Origin: Squalus acanthias
Lineage: Eukaryota
Length of the DNA: 64,000 bases
Direction: 5' to 3'
Assembly (NCBI GenBank): GCA_030390025.1
Contig: CM059432.1
Location: 35,342,001-35,406,000, forward strand
A program made the position numbers and the translations under genes. Each line of letters starts with the position of its first letter. Position 1 is the stretch's first letter. Below, piece by piece: positions 1-11,504 of the stretch. The notes beneath the pieces are model-generated. The model worked only from the letters and a program-made list of their open reading frames with translations, searched no databases and had not been told where the DNA came from.

Positions 1-29
1 TTTTCCCCCCGATTCCCATTGACTTCAGT

Positions 30-2013
30 TTTACTAGGGCTCCTTGATGCCAGACTCGGTCAAATGCTGCCTTGATGTCACTCTCACCTCACCTCTGGAA
101 TTCAGCTCCTTTGTCCATGTTTGGACCAAGGCTGTAATGAGGTCGGGAGCAGAGTGGTCTTGGCGGAACCCAAACTGGGCATCAGTGAGCAGGTTATTGG
201 TGAGTAAGTGCCGCTTGATAGCACTGTCGATGACACCTTCCATCACTTTGCTGATGATTGAGAGTAGACTGATGGGGCAGTAATTGGCCGGGTTGGATTT
301 GTCCTGCTTTTTGTGGACAGGACATACCTGGGCAGTTTTCCACATTGTCGGATAGATGCCAGTGTTGTAGCTGTACTGGAACAGCTTGGCTAGAGGCACG
401 GCTAGTTCTGGAGCACAAGTCTTCAGCACGATAGCCGGGATGTTGTCGGGGCCCATAGCCTTTGCTGTATCCAGTGAATTCAATTGGCTGAAGAATGGCT
501 TCTGTAATGGTGGGGACCTCGGGAGTAGGCCGATATGGATCAGCCTTGTCTTTTGCACTCACGTGCTGGGCTCCACCATCATTGAGGATGGGGATATTCT
601 TGGAGCCTCCTCCTCCCGTTAGTTGTTTAACGGTCCACCACCATTCACGACTGAATGTGACAGGACTGCAGAGCTTTGATCTGATCCGTTGATTGTGGGA
701 TCGCTTAGCCCTGTCTATAGCATGCTGCTTCCACTTTTTAGCATGCATGTAGTCCTGTGTTGCAGCTTCCCCAGGTTGGCACCTCATTTTTAGGTACGCC
801 TGATGCTGCTCCTGTACACTCGTTGTTGAACCAGGGTTGGTAATGGTACAGTGAGGGATATGCCGGGCCATGAGGTTACAGATTGTGGTGGAATACAATT
901 CTGCTGCTGGCCCACAGCGCCTCATGGATGCCCAGTTTTGAGCTGCTAGATCTGTTCTGAATCTATCCAATTTAGTACAGTGGTAGTGCCACACAACACG
1001 ATGGAGGGGGTCCTCAGTGTGAAGACGGGACTTCGTCTCCACAATGACTGTGCAGTGGTCACAGCTACCAATACTGTCATGGATAGATGCATCTGCGACA
1101 GGTAGATTGGTGAGGACGAGGTCAAGTAGGTTTTTCCCTCGTGTTGGTTTCTCTCACCACCTGTCACAGGCCCAGACTGGCAGCTATTGTCCTTCAGTAC
1201 TCAGCCACTCTTGGTGATGGACATTGAAGTCCCCACCCAGAGTACATTCTGTGCCCTTGCTACTCTCAGTGCTTCTTCCAAGTGGTGTTCAACATGGTGG
1301 AGTACTGATTCATCAGCTGAGGGAGGGCAGTAGGTGGTAATCAGCAGGTTGTTTCCTTGCCCATGCTTGACCTGAAGCCATGAGACTTCATGGGGTCTGG
1401 AGTCAATGTTGAGGACTCCCAGGGCCACTCCTTCCCGACTGTATACCACTGTGCCACCGGTGGGATAGGACATACCCAGGGATGGTGATGGAGGAGTTCG
1501 GGACATTGGCTGAAAGGTATGATTCTGTGAGTATGACTATGGCAGGCTGTTGCTTGACTAGTCTGTGGGACAGCTCTCCCAATTTTGGCACAAGTCCCCA
1601 GATGTTGGTGAGGAGGACTTTGCAGGGTTGACTGGGCTGGGTGTGCGTTGTCGTGTCCGTAGCCGGTGCCGAGGTTGATGCCGCGTGGTCCGTCCCGTTT
1701 CATTCTTATTATTTTGTAGCGGTTAGTTACAACTGAGTGACTTGCTGGGCCATTAAGTCACATATAGGCCAGACCAAGTAAGGATGGCAGATTTCTTTCC
1801 CTAAAGGACATTAGTGAACCAGATGGGTTTTTACGACAATCCGATAGTTTCATGGTTACCATTACTGATACTAGCTTTTTATTCCAGATTTACTTAATTA
1901 ACTGAATTTAAATTCCCCAGCTGCCGTGGTGGGATTTGAACTCACATCTACTGGATCATTAGTCCAGGCCTCTGGATTACTAGCCCAGTGACATTACCAC
2001 TACGCTACCGTAC
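30..2013 (-). mobile_element. Decayed LINE 'family A' (CR1/Jockey group), 5' half: tRNA-like head, APE endonuclease, start of RT
   Basis: APE motifs KVLLTNIWGL, IVILTESYL, GGTVVY, TYCPP; RT motifs KAMGPDNIP, PISLLSIISKVME, QFGFR; frameshifted; A/B-box head at about 1720-2013. Confidence 0.88.
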
Positions 2014-2219
2014 ACCCGACCTTCAATAGCAATACCATCGTCGAGTCTCCGAACATCAATATCTTGAGGGTCACCACTGACTTGAAGCCAAACTGGACTA
2101 GTCATATCAACACAGTGGCGACAAGAGCAGGGCAGAGCCTGGGTACTCTGCGATGCTTTGCTCAACTCTTGACCCCTTCAAAGTCTCTCCACCGTCTACA
2201 AGGCTTATGTCTGATAATT

Positions 2220-3480
2220 GATAAAGAGGGAGAAAATAGAATATGAGAGTAAACTAGCAAGAAATATAAAACGGATTGTAAGAGCTTCTACAGGTATGTA
2301 AAAAGGAAGAGATTAGCAAAAGTAAATGTGGGTCCCTTAAGAGGCAGAGACATTATAATGAGGAATAAGGAAATGGCAGAGACGTTAAACAAATATTTTG
2401 TATCTGTCTTCACAGTAGAAGACATAAAAAACATACTGGATATAGTGGGGATCCAAGGGTATAATGAGAGTGAGGAACTTAAAGCAATTAATATTAGTAA
2501 AGAAAAAGTACTGGAAAAATTAATGGGACTAAAAGCCAACAAATCCCCTGAACCTGATGGCCTACATGCGAGGGTTTTAAAAGAGGTGGCTGCAGAGATA
2601 GCGGATGCATTAGTTTTGATCTTCCAGAATTCCCTAGATTCCAGAATGGTCCTCGTGGATTGGTAGGTAGCATATGTAACCCTGCTATTCACAAAAGGAA
2701 GGAGAGAGAAAACAGGGAACTATAGGCCAGTTAGCCTGGCATCAGTAATAGGGAAAGTGCTAGAATCTATTATTAGGGATGAAGTAACTGGGCACTTAGA
2801 AAATCATAATATGCAGTGTCATCATGGTTTTATGAAAGCAAAATCATGTTTGACAAATCTGTTAGAGTTTTTTCAGGGTGTAACTAGCAGGGTAGATAAA
2901 GGGGAACTACTGGATGTATTTGGATTTTCAAAAGGCATTTGATAAGGTGCACACAAGAGATTGTTACACAAGATTAGGGCTCATGGGATTGGGGGTAACA
3001 TAGTAGCATGGATTGAGGATTGGTTAACGGACAGAAAAGAGAGTAGGAATAAACGGGTCATTTTCGGGTTGCCAAGTTGTATCTAGTGGGGTGCCACAAG
3101 GATCAGTGCTTGGGCCTCAGCTATTTACAATCTACATCAATGATTTAGATGAGGGGACCGAGTGTAACGTATCCAAGTTTTCTGACGATACAAAGCTAGG
3201 TGGGAGGACGCAAAGAGATATAGACAGGTTAAGTGAGTGGGCAAGAAGGTGGCAGATGGAGTATAATGTGGGGAAATGTGAAATTATCCACTTTCGTATG
3301 AATAGAAAAGCAGAATATTTTTGAAAAGGTGAGAGACTAGTAAATGTTGGTATGCAGAAAGATTTGGGTGTCCTTGTACATGAATCACAGGATGTTAACA
3401 TGCAGTTACTGGAAGCCATTAGGAAGGCAACTGGTACGTTAGCCTTTATTGCAAGGGAGTTGGAGTATAAGAGAATGGGG
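2220..3480 (+). mobile_element. CR1 LINE ORF2 fragment, decayed
   Basis: [55 protein letters not shown]. Confidence 0.9.
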
Positions 3481-3715
3481 GGGGGATTTTCGGCAAAGGA
3501 GATGAAGCCAGCGCTAGGAACGGCCACCCAGCTGATGGCTATTAAAGAGGCTGCACGGCATTCTGGTGGCTAGCTCATGGGATTGGGGGTAACATAGTAG
3601 CTCTCTACTAACAGCTGTTTGGGAGACTTGGAAATGAAGATTTCCCCCTTTCTTACAGACTTGACAACCACCACTGAAATATGATCGTGTGCATTATGAT
3701 AACTTTAAGCATTCT

Positions 3716-4352
3716 ATCCTGCCAATGGATTTGCAGGATCTTGCGGAGGCAGCGTTGGCGGTATCTCTCCAGTGCTTTGAGGTGCCTGCTGTAAATGGTC
3801 CATGTCTCTGAGGCATACAGGAGGGCGGGTATCACTACTGCTCTGTAGACCATGATCTTGACCAACGTCAGTGTTCGCGCTCAAGCCAACATCCTCAGCA
3901 TCGAAGCTTTGACCACGCTCGATCAGCTCTGATGGACGGGTCACATCGTCCGCATGCCCGATACGAGACTCCCAAAACAAGCGCTCTACTCGGAGCTCCG
4001 ACACGGCAAGAGAGCCCCAGGTGGGCAGAGGAAACGCTTCAAGGACACCCTCAAAGCCTCCTTGAAAAAGTGCAACATCCCCACCGACACCTGGGAATCC
4101 CTGGCCCAAGACCGCACAAAGTGGAGGAGAAGCATCCGGGAAGACGCCGAACACCTCGAGTCTCTTTGCCGGGAGCAAGCGGAAGCCAAGTGCAAGGAGC
4201 GCACGTCAACCCAAGCACCCCACCCACCCACCCACCGTCTGCCCCACCTGTGACAGAGACTGTAGGTCCCGCATTGGACTCATCAGTCACCTGAGAACTC
4301 ATTTTTAATGTGGAAGCAAGTCATCCTCGGTTCCGAGGGACTGCCTAAGAAG
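3716..4352 (+). mobile_element. RTE-clade LINE 3' fragment with inverted 5' segment and TSD aagcattct
   Basis: Minus: VYRAVVIPALLYASETW...ILQIHWQDR. Plus: TNVSV...MPDTRLPKQALYSEL...KRFKDTLK, zinc-finger-like end, (AAG)n tail. Confidence 0.9.
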
Positions 4353-4401
4353 AAGCATTCTTACCTTCACAGTACTTATTCATGTCTTTTATCTCCCACA
4401 G

Positions 4402-5513
4402 GGCCTTCACGCGTCCAGCAGGAGGTAGTCCAGATCGCCCATAACAACGATGACTCCTCAGAGCTCACTCTCTCTGAGGGTGCACCATCACAGGACTTAT
4501 GCAGACCATGCACCAGCTCAGATACTCGCACTTCAGTGGGAGAACTTAGAAAGGTTGTTGGGTTTTCACATGGTGACTCGCATTTCACAACTGAGCAAGA
4601 GCAGATGGTAGAATCAGGGACAGCAGTAGAGACCGCAGGCCGCTCCAAGCTCTGCTCAGCGGGACGCAGTTGCTGTACTTCGGGGTCCGTCAATGAACAG
4701 GATACGTCTTGAGCAGCATCAAAGAACGTGCGATGTATTGGCAGGCATTCCGGCCGCACTGTGCATGATTGCAGAGATTGGAGGAGTCTTGTCTCAAGCA
4801 TAAGTGGCAATGATGTCGCAGGCCTTTGTGATGATGTCTTCTTCCATGGAAAGAGTGGCCAACTGCATGGAGCATCAAACACGCCAATCCCACAAGTGTA
4901 TGATGCAGGTCTTCACCAATGGCTTGCACACTATGAATGCCACCTTAAATAGGATGAATGATACCCTAGCCTTGGCCATTCATCGCCCCATTGATCTGCA
5001 GCAAAGTGTTCTCCAGCGCATTGTTCACCTAATTTTTTTTTTGGTGCACGGCCCCTTTATGGGGTTGAGCGGGTCATTCACAGTTTTGCGCATGCGCGAA
5101 ATTTACATTGGAAAAGCCGGTCCTGGGTTGTGCAGACCGGCAGAGAGCTGCGCAGTCGCATGGCGACGCAGCTTAGTGAGAACGTTGGTTAGCAGGGAAG
5201 TGCAGTTGGACCATGAAATGAAATAATGGTGAAAGGGGACTTGGAAGTGGGAACTCGGCTCAAAGCGCTTCCATTGATCACCCGTTTACCCGCCCCACCC
5301 AATCAGTACCTCACATGCTGCCTTGTGTCCCGATGGCAGTCTGCCCGTGCACAGGTGGAGCAGTCTTTGGCAGGCCCCTCACAGGCTCCAAAACCCAGAA
5401 GACGTCGGCCAAGAGCAGCTCAGCCGTCTGAGCAGCCTGCCGCTACCGCTGCTGAAGCCACAGGGGTTGCACCACATAGAAGTGCTAGGAAAAGGAAGAA
5501 TAAAGATTTATAG
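4402..5513 (+). mobile_element. Probable decayed second (accessory) gene of the Harbinger transposon
   Basis: Acceptor ttttatctcccacag, broken ORFs ending in basic RSARKRKNKDL*, convergent with the transposase as in two-gene Harbingers; no Myb/SANT domain visible. Confidence 0.45.
5019..5187. mobile_element. Small MITE-like insert with imperfect TIRs
   Basis: Left cattgttcacctaa versus reverse complement of right end caacgttctcactaa; CpG-rich interior. Confidence 0.4.
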
Positions 5514-5762
5514 TTGCACAAGTGTATGCACATGGGTGTGTTACACAATGTTAGAATGTTAAAGTTTCTGTTTTATATTTGAGCCACATAAATATTATTC
5601 TTTTGCACCACTTTCCCACTTTGCCTATTTTTGGTTGTTGGCTGGCAAATAGCCTTTTCAGTTGTTTGATGATGAATGGGAAGACATGAATTGACGCCGA
5701 GCAATGGGGGGCTGTGAAAGTGGATTTTGCATGTGGTTGTGAGATGGGTGCACTGGTGGAAC

Positions 5763-6430
5763 CTAAGTGAACCTCGCAATAATGAGGGCATCCCGGGCAG
5801 CAATGTGGGCCATTGGTGGTGCATTGCCCGTATCATCTTCCTCCTCCTCTGAATCGTCCAAAGAGGCTCTATGCTCTGTGCCTTGTTCCTCCTGCAGGTC
5901 CAAACCTCGCTGCTGCGCAATGTTGTGCAGAGCGCAGCACACCACAACCATTCTCCAAACCCTGGCTGGTGCGTACTGAAGGACGCCGCTAGATCTGTCC
6001 AGGCACCTGAAACGCATCTTCAGCATGCCGATGACACATCTGGTGGTCATATGGTATTCATTGTATCGCTCCTGGGCCTCATTCCTCAGTTTTCTGAGAG
6101 GTGTCATCAGCCACGTTTTAAGTGGGTATCCCTCGTCTCCAAGCAGCCAGCCGGTAATTCTGCTTCGAAGTGCAAAGAGATCAGGGAAGGTGGACTGCCG
6201 CAGGACAAAAGCATCTTGGCAGCTTCCCGGGAATCTTGCGCACACCTGCATAAACATCTTTTTGTGGTTGCACACTGATGGAGTGGAAGCCCTTGCGGTT
6301 GACTAACACTCCTGGGTCATCTATAGGTGCCTTAATTGAAATATCTGTGCAGTCGATGACGCCTTGTACCTGTGGGAAGCCAGCCAGAGCCGCAAACCCG
6401 AGCATCCGCGTCATCGCAGGAAAAGTTGAC
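5763..6430 (-). mobile_element. PIF/Harbinger DDE transposase remnant
   Basis: [59 protein letters not shown]; frameshift near 6280 and a deletion at the third catalytic residue. Confidence 0.92.
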
Positions 6431-6551
6431 ATAATTGCCCACCCTGGTAAAGAAGCCATCAGGAAAATGGGATTACTGCAAGATTCAACGATCAGGGACA
6501 GACACTTCTCAGCTCAGAGCAACAATGCGTTTTGTACAAGCCTTGCCTCAA

Positions 6552-6557
6552 TTTATT
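6552..6557 (-). terminator. Candidate TBRG4 polyadenylation signal AATAAA
   Basis: tttatt on + strand about 1.26 kb past the stop codon; position only, no transcript evidence. Confidence 0.45.
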
Positions 6558-6769
6558 TCATCCAGTCATGCAATGGGGCTGCAAAACATACAGAAGTATA
6601 AAAACAAAACCTGTTACGGAACACAATCCCTTCAGTTCACTCACCTGCTGAATCTATGAGTAAAAGAAAGCAGATGCATTTATACAGCACCTCAACAGTC
6701 TCAAGCTGTCTCAAAGGGCTTACATTCCATTATTTACAAAAGTGTAAACATTGTTAAGTAAGTAAAAGA

Positions 6770-7155
6770 CTTTCACAACCTCAGGACATCCCAAAGCCTA
6801 TGAAGTACTTTTGAAGTGCAGTCACTGTTGTAATGTGGGAAATGTAGCAGCCAATTCACACACAGCAAGGTCCCACAAACAGCAATGTAATAATGACCAG
6901 ATAATCTGTTTTTAGGTGTTGGGTGAAGGCTAAATATTGGCCAGGACACCGGGGAGAACTCCCCTGCTCTTCTTCCAATAGTCCCATGGGCTCTTTTACA
7001 TCCACCTGAGGAGGCAGACGGGGCCTTGGTTTAACATCTCACCTGCAAGACGGCGCTTCCGACAGTGCAGTACTCCCTCAGTACTGCACTGGAGTGTCAG
7101 TCTAGATTTTGCGCTCATGTCCCTGCAGTAGGACTTGAGCCCACAACCTTCTGAC
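6770..7155 (-). mobile_element. DeuSINE (SacSINE1/AmnSINE1-like), inside the likely TBRG4 3'UTR
   Basis: Same family as the + strand copies at 25037, 33487 and 48420; core gtcctggccaatattt...aacagattatctggtcatt. Confidence 0.75.
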
Positions 7156-7816
7156 CAGTGCGAGAGAGGTCGGCTCTTGATGTCATGTGACCCAGTTTGC
7201 CCTTGCCTGATGCTCGGACATATTCAATTCCAGCTGGGGAGTCTTGGCCAATTTTTCCCTTTCTAAGTCAGGCCGGGCTGAAGCTCAGTACAGACCTTGT
7301 GTGTGGGGTAGGGAAGGGAAGGGGGAATTTTAGCTCAGAATTTCTGATCTTACAAGCCAAAACACAGAGGAAAATGTTTACTGCTCCACAATTAAAAACA
7401 AAATTCAAACTTGGAATCATTTAACAAGCTGCGCTCGAGCTCCTTTCAAAATCTTCCTGACCGCTGGTCTCCACTCCCATCGTTTGTTTGAGTCCTGCAT
7501 AAATGGAGTCTCACCTCCCTGCAAGTGGATAAAAAAGTGAAGTGGGGGGGGTGGGGAAATTGGAAAAGGGAGGGCTCGAAATAACGAAACATGATGTGTA
7601 AAGCTGGCAAAGAAAATGCCTGAACCTCCCAATCGTTAGCTGTGGAACCAGCATGTTCTTTTTAATTTAAAATATGTTCTGTACAGTACAAATCTCTCCA
7701 AGCACTGACTCCACTGAATCTTTTTTTGTCACATGGATTTCGGAGGGAACATTCTGGCTTCTCAGCCCGTCTCTTCAAGAGCAGTATCGTGGTGGAGCGA
7801 GGCGGGTCTCTGCGCT

Positions 7817-7918
7817 TCATTGTGCCATTTCCTCGGCTATGGCTTTGCTCATCTTGTCCTTTAAGTACGCGACCTTCTGCCACTCAGACTTCAACTCCAG
7901 CCACTCATAGTACGGAAC
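7817..7918 (-). CDS. TBRG4: TBRG4 last coding exon (102 nt including TGA), end of RAP domain
   Basis: ctgcag|[33 protein letters not shown]; the ten exons join into one 634-aa ORF. Confidence 0.95.
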   Translation of the reverse strand, partial: VPYYEWLELKSEWQKVAYLKDKMSKAIAEEMAQ

Positions 7919-8049
7919 CTGCAGTGAGAGGTGGCAGGGGGCGGGAACAGGAAATGAAGAAGATCATTTTCTCAACAGTCAAGCTTTTCACAAAAAATAT
8001 CCTTTATACATACATAGCATATGCTGGAATCTAATTGAGGGATTTGGGT

Positions 8050-8720
8050 GAATTCTGGAAACACACAGTTCGTCTGTGGAGCTAACAGACAAGTTAACAA
8101 CTCGAGTGTGACCCATCATCAGGACTGAGAAAATAAACAGCATTTAAATAGGATCAGAACAAGGGATTGGGGAGGGGAAGAAATGAAGCACATATAGGGG
8201 CGAGGAGTGTGGGTAAAAGGACCAAGATGGTTAAGTGGCTTAAGTGATATTTATATAAGACAATGGGGAGAAGCATAATAAAAGAAATTAAAGACATGAG
8301 GGAGACACGATAGGTGTGAATAGCAGAGGCAGCGAGGGGTAAGTGAGATCTGAAATTGATACAGGGGAAGCTGGCAAAACAACTGGATCCAGCAAAGAGA
8401 AGGCAAACAGGCCAACACTAAGGACACAGACTCACCTGCCAGCAGTGTGTTACAATGGAGGGTCTCCAACCCAAACACCTATGCCGACACCACATTATAA
8501 AGAAAGGAGAAGTTATAGTTAAGGTGTGAAGTTATTAAAGTCAAGGCCAGCGGGTCTGTAGAGTGCCGTAAAGAAATGGTGACTGTCCCTTGAGTTTTGT
8601 TCTGACGCTATTTAAATACAGTTGACTTTTCCAATGCTGATGAAGGTTGGCCCCAAAACATTAATTTGTCTGGTACTCTCCACAGACGCTGTGTGTTTCC
8701 AGTACAATACTGGATGTTGT
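8050..8720. mobile_element. Old degenerate Penelope-like element with inverted ends
   Basis: Decayed CTGATGA hammerhead-type terminal motifs in opposite orientation near 8100 and 8640. Confidence 0.45.
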
Positions 8721-8778
8721 CCCTGCAAAACTTGAGCTGCAATTAAGAGTCTCACAGGACATTATGGTATTCTGGCTT

Positions 8779-9162
8779 AAGAACATAAGAAATAGGAGCA
8801 GGAATAGGCCACTTGGCCCCTCGAGCCTGCTCCGCCATTCAATAAGATCATGGCTGATCTTGGGCTCAAAGCCACTTCCCTGCCCGCTCCCCATAACCTT
8901 TCACTCCCTTATCTTGCAAAAATTTGTCTATCTCCACCTTAAATGTATTTAATGACCCAGCCTCCACAGCTCTCTGGGGCAGAGAATTCCACAGATTTAT
9001 GACCCTCTGAGAGAAGAAATTCCTCCTCATCTCAGTTCTAAAAGGGCGACCCTTTATTCTGAAACTATGCCCCTGAGTTCTAGATTTCCCCACAAGGGGA
9101 AACATCCTCTCTGCATCTACCTTGTCGAGCTCCCTCAGTATCTTGTATGTTTCAATAAGATC
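8779..9162 (-). mobile_element. CR1 3' end
   Basis: FPLVGKSRTQGH...RNFFSQRVINLWNSLP plus gaatggcctattcctgctcc tail. Confidence 0.9.
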
Positions 9163-9273
9163 TACATGCTACATATTCTTGGTCATGGTACTGTTACGGA
9201 TCTGTCCCAGCAAATTTCTGGACTTTCAGAAAGCTTGTCGCCTGCCACTTCACAAAAAGAGTTGGAAACTTAC

Positions 9274-9388
9274 ATCCACAACCAAGAATCCAGCGGCCTG
9301 CAAATGCCGGCGAGCCATAGCGAAGCGTCCAAGTAGGTCCCGGCTCCGTGAGTTGTAGTTTGGGAACTCCCGAGCCACAAACGCCAAT
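9274..9388 (-). CDS. TBRG4: TBRG4 coding exon 9 (115 nt), RAP domain
   Basis: tcacag|(R)[38 protein letters not shown]|gtaagt; phase 2/0. Confidence 0.95.
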
Positions 9389-9655
9389 CTGTGAAGTTAA
9401 AGGGATGTTCAGATCGAGAATGGAACTGAGAAACGTAGAAGAGCTGAGGGCCATGGTACAAGGAAATCACCAAGAGAACAGGAGAGAAGGCGAAATAAAG
9501 TCTTCCCAGAATATATTACCTCGAACTATTCCACATTAACTTGCATATGACACCTATCTTTGTGCTACTGAGGTCTTTTACAGCCCTCCTCATTGTTTGC
9601 TTAAAAATGAGAAGTCGCACAACACCAGGTTATAGTCCAACAGTTTTATTTGAAA

Positions 9656-9692
9656 TCACAAGCTTTCGGAGCGCTGCTCCTTCGTCAGGTAA
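9656..9692 (-). ncRNA. Minimal type I hammerhead ribozyme motif on the TBRG4 sense strand
   Basis: UUAC-CUGACGA-A-GGAGC-AGC-GCUCC-GAAA-GC-UU-GUGA. Confidence 0.7.
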
Positions 9693-9918
9693 AGTGAAGG
9701 AATACAAATCAGCAAAGCATATATAGACAGAGAACAATGTGTAGCGTACAATGTCAGACGACTACAGTAAATCTTTCTGACTGCCCTCCATCACACCTCG
9801 GCAGAGAGACAATCAGGCCAGTCAGGAAGGTTAATGCCTTCCTGACTGGCCTGATTGTATCTCTGCCGAGGTGTGATGGAGGGCAGTCAGAAAGTCGTGA
9901 CATTGTACGCTACACAAT

Positions 9919-10648
9919 GGCCCAGAAATTAAAGACTGAGTGTTGACGCGGGGGTAAGGCTTCCCCGCGATATCTCACTCCGCACCTACCTTTTTCCTCC
10001 GGGCCCACACGAACTTTAGTTTCAAGGCTGCAGCTGTGCAGTGCTTGCGTGACCCAGAGACGTAGTTAGTTCGTGCGAGCTTTGGGATCACGTGATTCAG
10101 TTAGAGCCAATGGCAGCACACCATCTTTCATTCATAGTTTTGACAGGAAGACCTGTCAAAGCTATGAATAATATACCCCCCAAAAGAACAGCTAAACCTC
10201 AATTAAATTTAAAAAAAAAGCCATCACATTAATAAAATAAGTATAGTTAAATAAATTAACCACTTTAAACAAAAAATTAAATTTTTGAAAAAATTTAAAA
10301 TCTTTTTAAAAGTTATAAAAATAAACTTACCTTTCTTTAAAGTCTCTAAAAAAGATAAACCTGTTGAAAAAAATTTAAAATAATACTTAATTAACTACTT
10401 ACCTTGTTAAAAGAGGGTCTTACGCCTCCTTTCTTTATGTGTAAAATCTTCCATGCTTACCTGCGCGTTCAAAGCACTAAGTGCACTGCGTGCGCGCACG
10501 CGGTTCACCTAGGAACCGCCCCCTTTTGAATTCACGAAGTGCCGGTTTCCCGCGCATGCGCAGTGCATGCTGGAAACCAGCAATTGGAGACCTAAAACGC
10601 GAGAGTACACAGTGCGTACTCTCGCGTATTAGGTCTAATTTTCGGGCC
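9919..10648. mobile_element. Non-autonomous TIR DNA transposon (Harbinger-like), 730 bp
   Basis: Ends ggcccagaaatta and taattttcgggcc; flanks aat/att; removing it restores the right arm of the palindrome. Confidence 0.7.
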
Positions 10649-10694
10649 ATTGTTCTCTGTCTATATATGCTTTGCTGATTTGTATTCCTTCACT

Positions 10695-10731
10695 TTACCT
10701 GACGAAGGAGCAGCGCTCCGAAAGCTCGTGA
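10695..10731 (+). ncRNA. Minimal type I hammerhead ribozyme motif
   Basis: UUAC-CUGACGA-A-GGAGC-AGC-GCUCC-GAAA-GC-UC-GUGA. Confidence 0.65.
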
Positions 10732-10839
10732 TTTCAAATAAAACTGTTGGACTATAACCTGGTGTTGTGCGACTTCTCATTTTTGTCCACCCCAGTCCAA
10801 CACTGGCATCTCCGCATCATTGTTTGCTTAAACCTCCTA

Positions 10840-11170
10840 CTTTTGTATCAGCAGCAAATTTTAATATTGCGTTCCCATGTTCAAATCCAAATCATCTATA
10901 AATAGAGAGAAAAAAAGTGGACCCAGCACTGACCTCTGGGGTACACCACCTCCAATCCAACATTCTATCCCCGCTACTACATTTCCTTTCATACCACCTT
11001 CGTGAGTGAGACACCTCATCAGATGCTGTCTGAAAATCCATATAAACTACATCTATTGCATTTGCTTTATCTAGCCTATCAGTCACCTCTTCAAAGAAAC
11101 AGACCATCAGATTTGTCAAATATGACTTGCCTTTAGAAAATCCGTGACCAATGCAATGCATTTCTAAATG
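10840..11170 (-). mobile_element. Old CR1 RT fragment
   Basis: HGFSKGKSYLTNL...DVVYMDFQTA. Confidence 0.8.
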
Positions 11171-11504
11171 CTCACGTGGAGAACATCACAACCCAGCCCA
11201 ATTCTGACCTCACCCAACAAACGCACTTCCCAGCAAGGGGTCACTTGACTGTGATCTGTATCTAATGCTAGGGGCTGTACCTGACCCAGGAATGTGAGAT
11301 CCTAACGTTACATGTAGTAACCAAAGATACATGCCGGTTTCAACAGGTCAATTAGAGGCATGTTTAGCTAATACGAGCCAGGATAGCGTGTTTTTGCAAT
11401 ATTAGTACTCCAATGCTCAGCACTACAGTGAGACAGACTGGACTCGCCTGCCCAATTCAGTTCACGATCTGAGCAATCCCAAGCTGAGAGATTCTACATA
11501 GCGG

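Larger units (their letters stand above)
9606..10818. mobile_element. Palindromic Penelope-derived element with hammerhead motifs, interrupted by a MITE
   Basis: Inverted arms centred near 9833; flanking duplication tcattgtttgcttaaa at 9590-9605 and 10817-10832, partly overlapping the element ends. Confidence 0.8.

Noticed and set aside
1920..2013. Functional tRNA gene (also the SINE heads at 11937 and 48420)
   Set aside because: A/B boxes only, no clear cloverleaf, attached to repeat bodies.
5763..6430. Domesticated HARBI1 gene
   Set aside because: Frameshifted and deleted, in transposon context.
11311..11460. Minus-strand hairpin followed by ACA, resembling the 3' half of an H/ACA RNA
   Set aside because: No convincing H box, 5' hairpin or pseudouridylation pocket.
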